A stretch of 64,000 nucleotides of DNA from Fimbriimonadaceae bacterium (lineage in GTDB: Bacteria > Armatimonadota > Fimbriimonadia > Fimbriimonadales > Fimbriimonadaceae). The stretch's first letter is position 1. Each line of letters opens with the position of its first letter. The stretch covers positions 488,218 to 552,217 of the forward strand of contig CP075365.1 of assembly GCA_019454125.1 (NCBI GenBank). The letters run 5' to 3'. The translations under genes and the position numbers were made by a program. The notes beneath the pieces are model-generated. The model ran no database searches, was not told the origin of the DNA, and saw only the letters and a list, made by a program, of their open reading frames with translations. Below are positions 34,457-44,759 of this stretch, in pieces.

Positions 34457-37015
34457 TCAGCGGCCAAAGTTGAACGAAAGCTCCAAGTCGAGCCCCCGGG
34501 AGGAATAGGCGCCGCTTTGCACGAGCGGGTCCCGGTTCTTCACGTCGATGTACCGGAACCCCACGTTCAGCGCAAGGCTCCGCCAAATCTGGTACTGGTA
34601 GACCAGGTTGGCGTCGAAGACCTGCTGGGACTGGAAGCCGGTCGAGATGCCGTTCCGGAAGTTGAAGACGAGGTTCTGGCGCGGGGCGAGCCGGTACACC
34701 GCGTCAAAGTCATACGACCAGCTGTCCTGGCGGAACTTGCTGTTCCCGCCCGTCAAAAGGGCCGTCGCCCCGCCCCTCAAGCTGAGGCGGCCATAGGGCG
34801 TGTAGCCAGCGTAGACGGTAAGGGTGGTGGCGGAGGCGGTCAGGGGGGATTCGATGAACCGAGTGTCGGTGAGGTCGACCCGGGCGTTCAGGTCCAGGCG
34901 TTCCGGCACCCGGAAAGTCGCGTCGAAGAACGCCCCCCGCGTCTCGCTGTTGGAGCTCACCGCGCCTTGGCTCCGATAGAGGTAAAGGCCCGCAGAGGTG
35001 TTGAATCGGTCGGTCGGCATATAGGTGCCGCGAAGGCTCAGGGCGCGCGCGTTGGTCGCTCCGATCAAGGCCGTGCTGCCGACTCCAGAACTGAACCCGT
35101 TGCCGTCATAGCCGGCGCCCTGGCCCGAGTCGAAGCCCAGCGTCGCGAGCGGACCGGCATCGCTGTCCGTCGCCTCCATGCGCAGCGAGAACTTCTCGCC
35201 CCGCCGGTAGCTCGCCCCTAATTGGACCTCGCGGCCGAGCCCGGACTGGTCCTCGGTCGAGACGCGACTGAGCCCCAGGCTCCCGTCCAACTGCCAGTCC
35301 GCACTGGAGCGGTAGCTCGTCCGGGCATTGATCGTTTGCAGGTCCACCGCCCTGCGTTTGACCTCGCCGTTGACGGTGGTCGAGCCTTTACCGAACTGGT
35401 TCTGAAGGTCGAAGCGGGTGGACCAACGCTTCGAGCTGAGCGTGGTGCCGAAGGAGGTGACGTCTAGCGAGGACTCCGGTCGAGAGCCGCCGCTCGCCGA
35501 CCGCCGGTGCTCTAAAGTCCAGGGCGCCCCGCCCTGGCTCGGGGTGAACGTGACCGAGCCGGCTAGGCTGGTCGCCCGCACGGACTTCGGCGCGTTCTGC
35601 GAGAGCAGGAGGTCGCCGACGCTCGCATTGCGGTGGGCCAGGTCGTACCGCCACTTCGAAGAGGGTGTGTACGTCAGGCTGGTGTCCCAGGCGCGCTCGT
35701 TCCGGTTGAAGCCTGCGGACTCCACGCCCACGTAACCGCGCGGCACGTCCCGCACCGAGCTGACGACCTGCACCTTGCCGAAGTTGTAGTTGACGTCCAC
35801 GCCCCGGGCGAGGCCGCTCAGGGGTGAGCCACCCGAGGTCGAGCGTCCGAGCGCCTGGGTGTAAGTCACCGCCCCATCGCCGCCGAGCGGCACCCGATAG
35901 TCGACGCCGACGACCTCCCGGTCGCCCACGACCGTGTCCACCCGCTTGGGCGTATAGAGCACGTCGATGTTGTCGGTGGACGGGATAAACCGGTTGAAGA
36001 AGAATATCGACGGGTTCCCCGCGTCGAACCGGTAATCCACGCCGATCCTCTGCAAGATCCCGTTCACGCGGATGACGACGCGGTTCACGTCGTCCGGCTG
36101 GAACTGCAGGACGTATGGGGTCGAGGGCGGGCCAAAGCCCTGGAACTTCTCCAGGCGCGTGGAGTCGCGGTTCGAGCCTCCCGTGACCTGCCGCATCGTG
36201 GTGAGCCCGACCCGCCCCATCTTTCCGAAGTCCTGCGAGACCGCGACCCCTTCGATGCGCCCCCGGCTTCCCGTGATGCCGAACGCCTCGTAAGTCGCGA
36301 CGATCGTGCTGGTGGGGGGAATGATGCGGCCCTCGAGGGTCGTGCGGTTCACAAACGTCACCGCGCCCAGGTCGTAGTCGATCGTGTAGTCCTGGCCGAA
36401 GACCTGCTTAACACCATCGACCTCCACCTGCTCCGACCCCCGCACGATCTGGCTGCTCTGAAGGTAATAGGGGCCGGCCGAGTTCGCGCCCTGGAGGCTG
36501 ATGGTCCGCGCCTGGCCGCGGGCTTCCGTGCGAAGCGCGCGGATCTCGGTGCCTTTTGTCCGGTACCCGACCTGCACGCCCGAGAGGGCGCGCTCGAAGC
36601 GGGCGAAGCGGTTGGTCGAGCCGAGCCGCCCGCGGATGTCGCCCGCGTTCAAGACCCAGGGCCCGCGTTGCACGTCCACGCTGAAGCGGTCCGCCTGTGG
36701 GTCTTGGAACCGGCTGTCCTGGAAATTCACCTCGAAGGAAGCGATGTCGCCGACCTTGTTGCCTTGGACGTGCACCTGGCCCAGGTCGGTGAACTTGCTC
36801 AGGCCCTGCCCGCCATATTCGGCCAGGTCGAACGCGCGCAGATCGCCCGTGAGGGTGCGCGTGTGATAGCCCAAGCGTCGCCAACCGGTGAGTTCGATTC
36901 GGCCCAGCACGTACTGGTCGAACCACTTTCCGAGGCCCGAGTCGATCTTCTTCTCGTCCTGGCACGCGGCGACCCCGGCGAGCAGAAGGAGGCTAAGGAC
37001 GCAGAACGGCTTCAA
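34457..37015 (-). CDS. large predicted outer-membrane protein (lipobox N-terminus, beta-rich)
   Basis: The track ORF runs to 37183 and overlaps csaB by 190 nt. The in-frame TTG at 37015 gives MKPFCVLSLLLLAGVAAC. There are about 850 aa of alternating-polarity beta-strand-like sequence rich in G/S/T/Y/R. Family not recognised. Confidence 0.55.
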   Translation of the reverse strand: MKPFCVLSLLLLAGVAACQDEKKIDSGLGKWFDQYVLGRIELTGWRRLGYHTRTLTGDLRAFDLAEYGGQGLSKFTDLGQVHVQGNKVGDIASFEVNFQDSRFQDPQADRFSVDVQRGPWVLNAGDIRGRLGSTNRFARFERALSGVQVGYRTKGTEIRALRTEARGQARTISLQGANSAGPYYLQSSQIVRGSEQVEVDGVKQVFGQDYTIDYDLGAVTFVNRTTLEGRIIPPTSTIVATYEAFGITGSRGRIEGVAVSQDFGKMGRVGLTTMRQVTGGSNRDSTRLEKFQGFGPPSTPYVLQFQPDDVNRVVIRVNGILQRIGVDYRFDAGNPSIFFFNRFIPSTDNIDVLYTPKRVDTVVGDREVVGVDYRVPLGGDGAVTYTQALGRSTSGGSPLSGLARGVDVNYNFGKVQVVSSVRDVPRGYVGVESAGFNRNERAWDTSLTYTPSSKWRYDLAHRNASVGDLLLSQNAPKSVRATSLAGSVTFTPSQGGAPWTLEHRRSASGGSRPESSLDVTSFGTTLSSKRWSTRFDLQNQFGKGSTTVNGEVKRRAVDLQTINARTSYRSSADWQLDGSLGLSRVSTEDQSGLGREVQLGASYRRGEKFSLRMEATDSDAGPLATLGFDSGQGAGYDGNGFSSGVGSTALIGATNARALSLRGTYMPTDRFNTSAGLYLYRSQGAVSSNSETRGAFFDATFRVPERLDLNARVDLTDTRFIESPLTASATTLTVYAGYTPYGRLSLRGGATALLTGGNSKFRQDSWSYDFDAVYRLAPRQNLVFNFRNGISTGFQSQQVFDANLVYQYQIWRSLALNVGFRYIDVKNRDPLVQSGAYSSRGLDLELSFNFGR

Positions 37016-38063
37016 GGGCCTCAATGTTCTTCTGGGCTTCTTTGGCCAAGTCTTCTCGACGACGCTTAAGACCCTCGGCAACGCGGTCGCGGTCTTGGAT
37101 GAACGATTGGAACCCATCAAATAGGCGCTGGGCGGTGAGGCCCTGTAACTGAGGAGGGGCCGGCATGCCGATCGCGTTCGCAAAGGCGGAGACCTTTGGG
37201 TCGTAACTCAGGAGAAATACGGGGACGCCGACCGTGGTCGCAAGGATGCCGGCGTGGAGCCTCATGGCGACCACCGCGTGCATGCGCTGCAGCCGTTCCT
37301 GCACCGCTCGGGGGCTGCCTAGGTTCCGCATGTCCGGCACCTTTCCGCCCAAGGTCTTGGCGATCTCCAGGATCAGAGGCCCGTCCAAGGCCGAGTCCAT
37401 CTCGATAAAGGTCGGGATATAGCCGTTACGGCTCAGAATCTGGGCGAATTCCCCAAAGAGTTTGATGACGGCCTTGTTCCGGTCCTTTCCCCACGGCCGC
37501 GCAGAGATGCCGACGCTCTTGGTACCGGCCACGCCGAACCCCGCGCTCGACCCTTCGCTCAGGCTCGGTTCCGGCAGAAGGAAAGCCATGTCCGCCGCGA
37601 TCCGGACCTTCTCCACTCCCATCGAGCGCAAGGCGGCGCCGCTTGCCGGGTCTCGGACGACGACGAGGTCGGCCGCCTTGAACGCGGAAGTCGCCATCCT
37701 CTTGCCGAAGAAGCCGGTGAGGGGGCCGACTCCTTGCCCCAGCATAACCACCTTCTTGCCCGCTTTCTTCGCGTCGAGGGCGAGCTTGGAATAGTAAGCC
37801 ACGCTTCGCGTGCTCGTGGCGTCCTGAAAGATGCTGCCGCCTGGGAAGACCAGCGCGTCGCACTCACGGATGGCCTGGCCGACGCTGTTGAGGTCCTTCC
37901 GGTACACCCCCTGCATCCCGTACTGGCGCATCAGCCCCTCGGCGTTGCCGCAGAGCGTCTTCGTCTCGTAGCCCTTGCCTTCGATGCCGCAATGGAACCC
38001 GAGGAGGATCGCGTCGTCCCCCAGGTTCCCACACCCGAAATAGCCGGCCAAAAGTAGCTTCAA
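36993..38063 (-). CDS. csaB: polysaccharide pyruvyl transferase CsaB
   Basis: 356 aa. The N-terminus MKLLLAGYFGCGNLGDDAILLG and the overall pyruvyl-transferase pattern (GGSIFQD..., MLGQGVGP) fit CsaB. Confidence 0.8.
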   Translation of the reverse strand: MKLLLAGYFGCGNLGDDAILLGFHCGIEGKGYETKTLCGNAEGLMRQYGMQGVYRKDLNSVGQAIRECDALVFPGGSIFQDATSTRSVAYYSKLALDAKKAGKKVVMLGQGVGPLTGFFGKRMATSAFKAADLVVVRDPASGAALRSMGVEKVRIAADMAFLLPEPSLSEGSSAGFGVAGTKSVGISARPWGKDRNKAVIKLFGEFAQILSRNGYIPTFIEMDSALDGPLILEIAKTLGGKVPDMRNLGSPRAVQERLQRMHAVVAMRLHAGILATTVGVPVFLLSYDPKVSAFANAIGMPAPPQLQGLTAQRLFDGFQSFIQDRDRVAEGLKRRREDLAKEAQKNIEALEAVLRP

Positions 38064-39925
38064 GACAGTCCCACTGGCCCGCTCTCCTGACGCTTCACCG
38101 CTTGCCGGAGGACGGCCGAGAGGAGCAGTCCGAGAATACCGCCGATGACCCAGCCGGTCGCTATGCGAACGACCGCCAAGTCGAGCGGCGAATGGAAGTG
38201 GCAGAGCGTGTTGAGCACGCTCGTCTGCCCCACCATGCCGACGACGAGGAGCGCCCCCGCCCAGGGCTCCAACTTCGGCCGCGTCCTCGCCAGGCTCGCA
38301 AACGTCAGGCCGAGCAAGAACGCCGGATGGCCGATCAGGAACTCCTTGGTGCGGGGCCTGGCGGGCAGGAAGCGGTCGAGCAGCGCGCGGAACTGGAGCT
38401 CGGCTCCGCTAACTCCCGCCGGGTTTTCGTTGCCCGTGCGCGCCAGCATGAACGCCATCGCGGCCAGGCCGACAACTCCAAGCACGGCCGTTCCCCAGAG
38501 GATCGGGCGTTGCGCCCAATCGCGCGGGGAAGCCTGGTCCAGCGCGATCCGGACAGCCACCACCACGACCGGCAGGAAGACCGCGACCTTGATGCCGGTG
38601 AACTGCTCGACCTGCAGCATCGTGAGAAGGCCGACGTTGCAGCCGGCGACCGCGAGGCCTCCGACCAGGCTCGCATAGGTGGCGATGGCGAAGCCCGCCA
38701 ACGGGGGCGCCCTTAGGGCGCGGACCAGCGCGTAACCGGCGAGCGGGAAGCCGACCGCGAGCGCCAGCGAAGCCACTTCGCGCAGGCTCGGGGAGACGGA
38801 TCCCAGTGCCAGCGCAAGCACGACCCCGGCACTGAATAGGCCGAGGTTCTTGAGCGGCCACAAGATTTGTGCCGTCCACGCGAGCAGCGGGGCGGCGAGG
38901 GCGACGATCCCGACCGCGTACCAGGGGTTCCAGACGGGCTCTTCAAAGGGGCGCGGCACCCGCACTGCGCCACCTTCGTGCACGACCGCGTTCTTCAGCG
39001 AGTTCAGGAACCGGTCCGCATCCTTCAACGGCTCCTGGCTGCCGCCGACAGGCGGGCGGACGAGGAGCCAACGGATGTTGCGTTCGCGGAACGCCTTGGC
39101 GTACCGTTCGACCACCGCGCCCGGGGAAGAGCGGTCGGCCTCGGCCTGTTGCATCGAGTGGAGCCGCACGACGCTCCCGGGAATCTCCGCCTGGATCCGG
39201 GAGTCCCCGACGGTTTTTACAAACTCTGCAGCCAGATACTGTAACTTATCGTCCTGGACGACGACCCCGGTGTCCTCCAGCGAAGAGCGAAATCCGAGCA
39301 CGACGTCCCCAGCCGGGAGGAACGCGATCGCGCCTGCTTGGGCCGAATCGTCAAGGATCGCGCGGATGTACGAGGGCCCTGCACCGAGAGTGTTCACGTG
39401 CCGCGCTACGACCGCGAGCCCGGCCTCCTTCGCCTTTCGCGCCAGGCTCGGGTCGATCCCGACCGAGGTGGTCGCCAGACTGGCCTTGTCGCCCGTGAAG
39501 TAGACCCCTCCCAGCGCAGACTTTCCGCTCGGCATGTCCGATCCCAGCCCTCCCTGCCACGCGATCCCCTTGACCACCCGGGCCAGCGCCAGGTCCGAAC
39601 CCTGGATCAAAACGTCGCCGGAGGGCAGGGGGGAGAGGGTGAGCTCTCCTGCCGCGACGAGCCCGGCCACCGTGTCCTCGGTGATCGCGATGCCGGTGAG
39701 CCCGTGCGCGGCCAAGTCTCGCAGGGCGTCGTTCAAGGGCGTGTTCGAGACGGCCGCGAACTGTCGCACGGTCTCAGCGTCCATGAGCACGCCGACGGCG
39801 CGGTTCCCCGCCTCCACCCGGTAGCGCGGGATGAGCGCGGCGACGGCCAAGAGGGCGGTCGCGACAAGCGAGGCCACGGCCCACCAAGGGACCTTAATCG
39901 TCGTCAAAGTGCGGGTCCTCCTCAA
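38060..39925 (-). CDS. large polytopic membrane protein encoded with csaB (possibly DUF5693-type; function unknown)
   Basis: 621 aa. An N-terminal anchor and a soluble domain of about 330 aa are followed by roughly 8-9 TM helices. It has a 4-nt overlap with csaB. The alternative TTG start at 39907 has AGGAGG 9 nt upstream. Confidence 0.6.
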   Translation of the reverse strand: MRRTRTLTTIKVPWWAVASLVATALLAVAALIPRYRVEAGNRAVGVLMDAETVRQFAAVSNTPLNDALRDLAAHGLTGIAITEDTVAGLVAAGELTLSPLPSGDVLIQGSDLALARVVKGIAWQGGLGSDMPSGKSALGGVYFTGDKASLATTSVGIDPSLARKAKEAGLAVVARHVNTLGAGPSYIRAILDDSAQAGAIAFLPAGDVVLGFRSSLEDTGVVVQDDKLQYLAAEFVKTVGDSRIQAEIPGSVVRLHSMQQAEADRSSPGAVVERYAKAFRERNIRWLLVRPPVGGSQEPLKDADRFLNSLKNAVVHEGGAVRVPRPFEEPVWNPWYAVGIVALAAPLLAWTAQILWPLKNLGLFSAGVVLALALGSVSPSLREVASLALAVGFPLAGYALVRALRAPPLAGFAIATYASLVGGLAVAGCNVGLLTMLQVEQFTGIKVAVFLPVVVVAVRIALDQASPRDWAQRPILWGTAVLGVVGLAAMAFMLARTGNENPAGVSGAELQFRALLDRFLPARPRTKEFLIGHPAFLLGLTFASLARTRPKLEPWAGALLVVGMVGQTSVLNTLCHFHSPLDLAVVRIATGWVIGGILGLLLSAVLRQAVKRQESGPVGLS

Positions 39926-40583
39926 ACGTGCGCCCGCCGAGGATCTTTCGACTGCCGCCGAGCACGAGCACGGTGAGCATCCCGGCCATAAAGCCGCCCG
40001 CGTGCGCCCAGGTCGCCACGCCGTCCTGTGGGAACAGCACTTGGATCAAGAACCACCCGCCCAAGAGGAACCAGACCGCGACCGGGAACGCCCACCAGAA
40101 GAACGGCGGGATCACGACCTTCATGCGGCTGCCTGGGAAGAGGAGGAAGTAGGCGCCCAAGACGCCGCCGATTGCCCCTGAGGCGCCGAGCACCGGTATC
40201 GACGAGCTGGGGTCGACCAGGATTTGGGAAAGGAACGCGACCACGCCCCAGAAGAGGTAGTAAAGCGCGTAGCGGTGACCGCCCAAGGCCGCTTCCACGT
40301 TCGGCCCGAACGCGCTCAGGAAGATCACGTTCCCCAAAAGGTGCGCGAGGCTCCCATGGAGGAACATCGCGGTGAAAATCTTGCCGACCTCGACCGGGTC
40401 GCCTCCCCCGCTGATGGCGAGCCACACGTTCTCGGGGACCATCGCAAGGTCCGCGAAAGCCATGCTCGGCCCCATCAGCCGCCCCCCACGGTCCCAAAGA
40501 TAGATGAGGGCGTTGAGCGCGACGATCGTCCACGTGACCACCGGGGTCTCTCGCGAATAAACACTGTCGCGGATCGGGATCAT
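39894..40583 (-). CDS. rhomboid-family intramembrane serine protease
   Basis: 229 aa. The catalytic motifs GASGAIGGVLGAY (Ser) and HGSLAHLLGN / AHAGGF (His) sit in a 6-TM scaffold. Confidence 0.88.
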   Translation of the reverse strand: MIPIRDSVYSRETPVVTWTIVALNALIYLWDRGGRLMGPSMAFADLAMVPENVWLAISGGGDPVEVGKIFTAMFLHGSLAHLLGNVIFLSAFGPNVEAALGGHRYALYYLFWGVVAFLSQILVDPSSSIPVLGASGAIGGVLGAYFLLFPGSRMKVVIPPFFWWAFPVAVWFLLGGWFLIQVLFPQDGVATWAHAGGFMAGMLTVLVLGGSRKILGGRTFEEDPHFDDD

Positions 40584-40721
40584 CGCCGAGCGGGGGAGTC
40601 TACCGGCATCCCGCCTTCGGCCAGGGCCAAGCCGCCAAAACGGTCCATCCGGGGCCTGGCGGCAGGCCGATAGGTTCTAAGAGTTACTGCAGGGTTTCTG
40701 GCACGTATTACACTCCTAGAC

Positions 40722-42020
40722 ATGGCGCGAACAACTTGGGCCTTGCTGGCGGCGCTCCTCGTCCTGGTCGGTTGCGGCGGGAGTTCGGTCGTGACGACTT
40801 CGACCATCGAGGGGACCGTCCTCGATATTGACAACCAGCCAGTGCGCGATGCCACCGTGACCTCTCGCTTCGGATCCACCCGGACCAGCGCGACCGGGGC
40901 GTACAGCCTGCCCCTGCAGGGCGAAGGCGAGGTCGAGATCGTGGCGGAAGCGACCCAGGACGGCGTGCGCTACCGGGGCCGGACCAAGGTGTTCAACACG
41001 GCCGATACCGCGACCCCCAGCGCCAACATCGTGGTCGGCAGGGTCAGCGAGCTCGCCACCCTTCGGGGGAACGTCCGCGACCGGAACGGGAACCGGGTCG
41101 AGAACGCCTCTGTCTACGCCTACAGTGGGGCCGGGTCGAGCCAACGGACCTTTACCGACCGCGACGGGCGTTACGAGCTCCGCGACCTTGTCGCCGGGCT
41201 CGACTACGAGGTTTCCGGCGGCGGCAAGGGTTTTCGTTCGGACCGCACCACCGTGCGCCTCCGGGCCGGCCAGGCTCGAGAGCTCGACCTCGTCGTCGAT
41301 GAGCCTGGGCTCCCCTTCCTGGAGCCCCCGACCAACCTTTCCGTGACGACATGGGTCTCGCCCGTGGACGCCTCGCGTGCGCCCGGCGACAGCCCGTATG
41401 AAGCCATCAAGCGGGCTTTCGACCCCAAGCGACAGGCCCAGCGCGGCCAGGCGAAGGCCAAGTCCCGCGCTCCCGTCAACGGCTCGCACATCGAAGCGGA
41501 CCTGCTGTGGGACGAGCGTCGGCTCGCAGACCTCACGGGGTACGGCATCTACCGGGGCGATTCGCAGAACGGCCCGGTGCGCGGGATCGACTTCCTGCCC
41601 GACCCCCTCGCGGCTTATTACGTGGACCTCGACCTGCGGCCGAACTCTGTCTACTCTTACGCGGTCACCGCGATCAGCGCCCTCTTCCCGGACTTTCCGA
41701 ACAGCACCGAGAGCCGCCTAAGCGAGCGCGTGGTGGCGAGGACGCTCGGGCCGCTTGTCGCGAACGCCGCCCAGACCAATCCGGTCCAATTCACGTGGAG
41801 GGGCGGTTCCGGCGCGGAGGAGTACGTCGTCTTCCTCTTCGACCGCTTCCCCTCGGTCGGGGTCGACGCCTTCTGGACCAGCGCCCGCACGACGAACCTG
41901 CGGGCCAGTTACAATGGCCCGGCTCTTACACGGGGGAGGCAGTACTATTTCGTGGTCATCGGCCTGGCGGACGGCGATTCCAGCCGAACTTTAAGCCGCC
42001 TCGAGCCCCTCATACCATAA
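40722..42020 (+). CDS. lipoprotein with carboxypeptidase-regulatory-like and FN3-like beta-sandwich domains
   Basis: 432 aa. Lipobox LLVLVGC|GG, repeated IEGTVLD..N.PV.DA.V.. / LRGNVRDRNGNRVENASVYA units, and an FN3-like ...YGIYRGDSQNGP...YSYAVTAIS. Confidence 0.6.
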   Translation: MARTTWALLAALLVLVGCGGSSVVTTSTIEGTVLDIDNQPVRDATVTSRFGSTRTSATGAYSLPLQGEGEVEIVAEATQDGVRYRGRTKVFNTADTATPSANIVVGRVSELATLRGNVRDRNGNRVENASVYAYSGAGSSQRTFTDRDGRYELRDLVAGLDYEVSGGGKGFRSDRTTVRLRAGQARELDLVVDEPGLPFLEPPTNLSVTTWVSPVDASRAPGDSPYEAIKRAFDPKRQAQRGQAKAKSRAPVNGSHIEADLLWDERRLADLTGYGIYRGDSQNGPVRGIDFLPDPLAAYYVDLDLRPNSVYSYAVTAISALFPDFPNSTESRLSERVVARTLGPLVANAAQTNPVQFTWRGGSGAEEYVVFLFDRFPSVGVDAFWTSARTTNLRASYNGPALTRGRQYYFVVIGLADGDSSRTLSRLEPLIP

Positions 42021-42029
42021 GGAAAGCGG

Positions 42030-44759
42030 GTGTCTAATCCATTGCTACCGATCAGAAATCATCGAGGGTCGCTCTTCGCGGCCCTTTTCTTCTTAGGGCC
42101 CTGCTTTGCCACGGCTTTCGAGCTCCGGGTCGAGGTCGGTTCTCGCAAGGCGCCCGGACAGTGGGAACAGGTCGCCGATGCAGCCGTGCGCGACTTTGCG
42201 CGCCAGACCGCGGCCCTCAGCGCGGGGAACCGCGCCGCACTGCGCCGGGCGGGCCAGATGCGCACGCCCTTCTTCCTGCCGACCCGGGTCGTGCTCACCG
42301 AGCAGGGGCGCGCCCTGCCGCCTTCGGGCGGCCGGTCCCGCGAGCCGGGCGACATCGTGCCGACCTTCGACACCAGCGGCCCGCGCGCGTTCCCGACCGA
42401 TTACCGCCAATACCTGCAGGACGTCTTCACGGCCGCGCGCCCGGCGATGAACGCCACGTTCGGCAAGCCCCTGAAGGGCGGCGTCGTGAAGATCAAGAAC
42501 TACGACGCGGACATCCAGGACCGCTATGCGGTGGCAGGCGGGTACTACGTGCCGAACGCGCCGGGCGGCCCCGAGGTCCGGCTCCCGGTCTATAACAACG
42601 CGGTCGCCGCGGCCGTGAACTACATCCACAGCCTGCTGCTAGCTTATTGGGCGGACAAGCAGATCCCCTACGACGCCTATAACGAAGGGCTAGTGCGTGG
42701 GGCGACCATCCAAGTCGCACGGACTCCCGGCAGCCTACCGGACAACCCCACCGTCGACCAGATCGACAGCGTCCTCCACTCGCTCTACGACGTCGGCCAG
42801 TTCTACGACCTCTATAACCAGAACGGCCTGGGGGCGCGGCGGTTCATCGCGCCGAACCTCTTGCCGACGCGGCTCCCGCCTGGCGGGAACACGGGCGGCG
42901 TCTTCCTGCTCCGCTACCAGATGGCGGGCACGGCTTGGGCCAAGGTCCTCGCCGAGTATCCAGGGTTCATCGCCGAGTTCACTCGGCGCTATTTCGCCGA
43001 TCCGGACGCCTTTAACGACCCCGCCCGTCTCGAGGCGCTCGGCCAGGCGGTGCTGAACTTCCTCACGGGTACGACCAACGGCACGATCGAAGGCGCGCGG
43101 TTCGAGCGCTGGGCCCTGCGCCAATTCATCTTGGACGTCGAAGACCGAGCCGGCCTGAAACTGGTCACCCAGCCCGTGCCGCTGGTCGCCGATCCCGGCA
43201 CCGACGACTTCGGCGTGTTCGACATCGTCCTCAACGCTTTCCGCGTCTCCACGAACGGGGACGAGACGCTGCTTTCGGGCCGGTCTTATCCGATTTACTG
43301 GCGGCCGGACTTCTCGCGCTTCTTCGTGACCGCGCAGGACGACGTCATGGAGGTGAGCGGCGCCTACGGTTCGGTCGTTCCGAACTTCCCACGGTCGAGC
43401 TTCTCGGGCCAGCCTTACCGCACGACCGTCGACCTGCCTTTCCTCGGCATGGTCGCCCGGTGCCAGCTGCCCGCCGGCGCCTATTCCACCGCCACCCGGA
43501 ACGAGCCGAACACGTTCTATGGGACCCTGACCGGGCTCCCCAACCCGGGCAGCGGCAGCGAGTACGTCCTGGCCGTGCAATGGACCGGCGGGCAGCGCAC
43601 CAGCATCGTCGCCCAAAACTTCGCCTTCGGTGTGAACATCGCCGACGCGGGCTACTTGCGCGCGGGCAAAGTCACGGTGCGCGTGCTCAAGAGGACGGGC
43701 GGGAACGCCGTCGAGGTCTTCTCGCGCCAAGTCAACAAGACGGTGGGCGAGCTCTGCCTGGAGCTCTCCCCACCCGAGTCCGAGGTCGCCTACGTCTTCA
43801 CCCGTCAGGGGCGGCTCGCCATGGTGGGCTGGCCGTTGGAGCCCTACCGCCCCGGCCCCAGCGAGCTCTTGCGCTCGGCGCCGGGCCAGACCCTCGCCGC
43901 TCGCTGGAACCCCGAAGTCGCGCGCTACAGCCTCTATCCCGACCTCGGCGAGTTCCGCCAAGGGCTCGGCTACTGGACGCGGGCGGCGTCGAACCAGAAC
44001 TGGACGGTGCTGGGCCGATCCGTGCCCGGCATGCCCGTCTCCGTCATGCTCCAGCCCGGCTGGAACCAGGTGAGCGCGCCCTTCGACGAAACAGTCACGA
44101 AGGCGAACGTCATCGTCACGACCGCGACCGACGCGCTCTCCACGTTCGCCGAGGCCGTGAACACGGGCATTATCGGCCCCAACCTCTTCGTCTGGGAGCC
44201 GGACACGGCCAACCCGGACGACGGCGCGATGGTCGAGACCCAGAGCTTTGCCCCCGGTCGGGCTGTGTTCGTGCGGTCGGACTTGCCCCAGGGCGCGGTG
44301 TTGGTGTTCTTCCCCAAGAGCGGCTCGGCCATGCCGCGGGGACGCGAGACCACTCGGAGCCGCAAGCCTAACTGGGAAGCCGAAGTCCGGCTCGAGCAGG
44401 GGTCGCGCACGTTCGGCTCGGTGCGGATCGGGCAGGAGTTCACGGCCACGGACCGCCCCGACGTCTCCCTGGACTCCGAGCTTCCCCCGTCCCGGATGCG
44501 GGCCCGGATCGGTATCGTGAACATGGGGCTGCAGTACCGCGATATCCGTCGCAATGGGGCGCGCACTTCGTACACCCTGCGCCTGGAAGACCTGCGGCCC
44601 GGTGTGGACTACCGGCTGCGGCTCCGTCCCATCGCGGGGGGCAGGCGGCTGCTCGTCGCAGACGGTAACGTGCGGCGGTTGCTCATGCCGGACCAGGTTT
44701 ACACGTTCCGGGCGACCGAATCCCGCCGCCACATCAATTTGGTGGTAGAGGGCTCGTGA
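42030..44759 (+). CDS. large secreted protein of unknown family
   Basis: 909 aa with a GTG start and a hydrophobic N-terminus SLFAALFFLGPCFATAF. I recognise no catalytic motif. Its 3' end overlaps the next gene by 4 nt. Confidence 0.55.
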   Translation: MSNPLLPIRNHRGSLFAALFFLGPCFATAFELRVEVGSRKAPGQWEQVADAAVRDFARQTAALSAGNRAALRRAGQMRTPFFLPTRVVLTEQGRALPPSGGRSREPGDIVPTFDTSGPRAFPTDYRQYLQDVFTAARPAMNATFGKPLKGGVVKIKNYDADIQDRYAVAGGYYVPNAPGGPEVRLPVYNNAVAAAVNYIHSLLLAYWADKQIPYDAYNEGLVRGATIQVARTPGSLPDNPTVDQIDSVLHSLYDVGQFYDLYNQNGLGARRFIAPNLLPTRLPPGGNTGGVFLLRYQMAGTAWAKVLAEYPGFIAEFTRRYFADPDAFNDPARLEALGQAVLNFLTGTTNGTIEGARFERWALRQFILDVEDRAGLKLVTQPVPLVADPGTDDFGVFDIVLNAFRVSTNGDETLLSGRSYPIYWRPDFSRFFVTAQDDVMEVSGAYGSVVPNFPRSSFSGQPYRTTVDLPFLGMVARCQLPAGAYSTATRNEPNTFYGTLTGLPNPGSGSEYVLAVQWTGGQRTSIVAQNFAFGVNIADAGYLRAGKVTVRVLKRTGGNAVEVFSRQVNKTVGELCLELSPPESEVAYVFTRQGRLAMVGWPLEPYRPGPSELLRSAPGQTLAARWNPEVARYSLYPDLGEFRQGLGYWTRAASNQNWTVLGRSVPGMPVSVMLQPGWNQVSAPFDETVTKANVIVTTATDALSTFAEAVNTGIIGPNLFVWEPDTANPDDGAMVETQSFAPGRAVFVRSDLPQGAVLVFFPKSGSAMPRGRETTRSRKPNWEAEVRLEQGSRTFGSVRIGQEFTATDRPDVSLDSELPPSRMRARIGIVNMGLQYRDIRRNGARTSYTLRLEDLRPGVDYRLRLRPIAGGRRLLVADGNVRRLLMPDQVYTFRATESRRHINLVVEGS

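Noticed and set aside
40699-40713. Sigma-54-like -24 elements: TGGCACGTATTACAC upstream of the 40722 lipoprotein gene and TGGCACGAGGCTTCT at 54782-54796 upstream of the 54812 OMP gene. rpoN is in the window.
   Set aside because: Both lack the essential GC of the -12 TTGC element at the correct spacing. The second lies only about 15 nt from the start codon. Other TGGCAC hits are inside coding regions.
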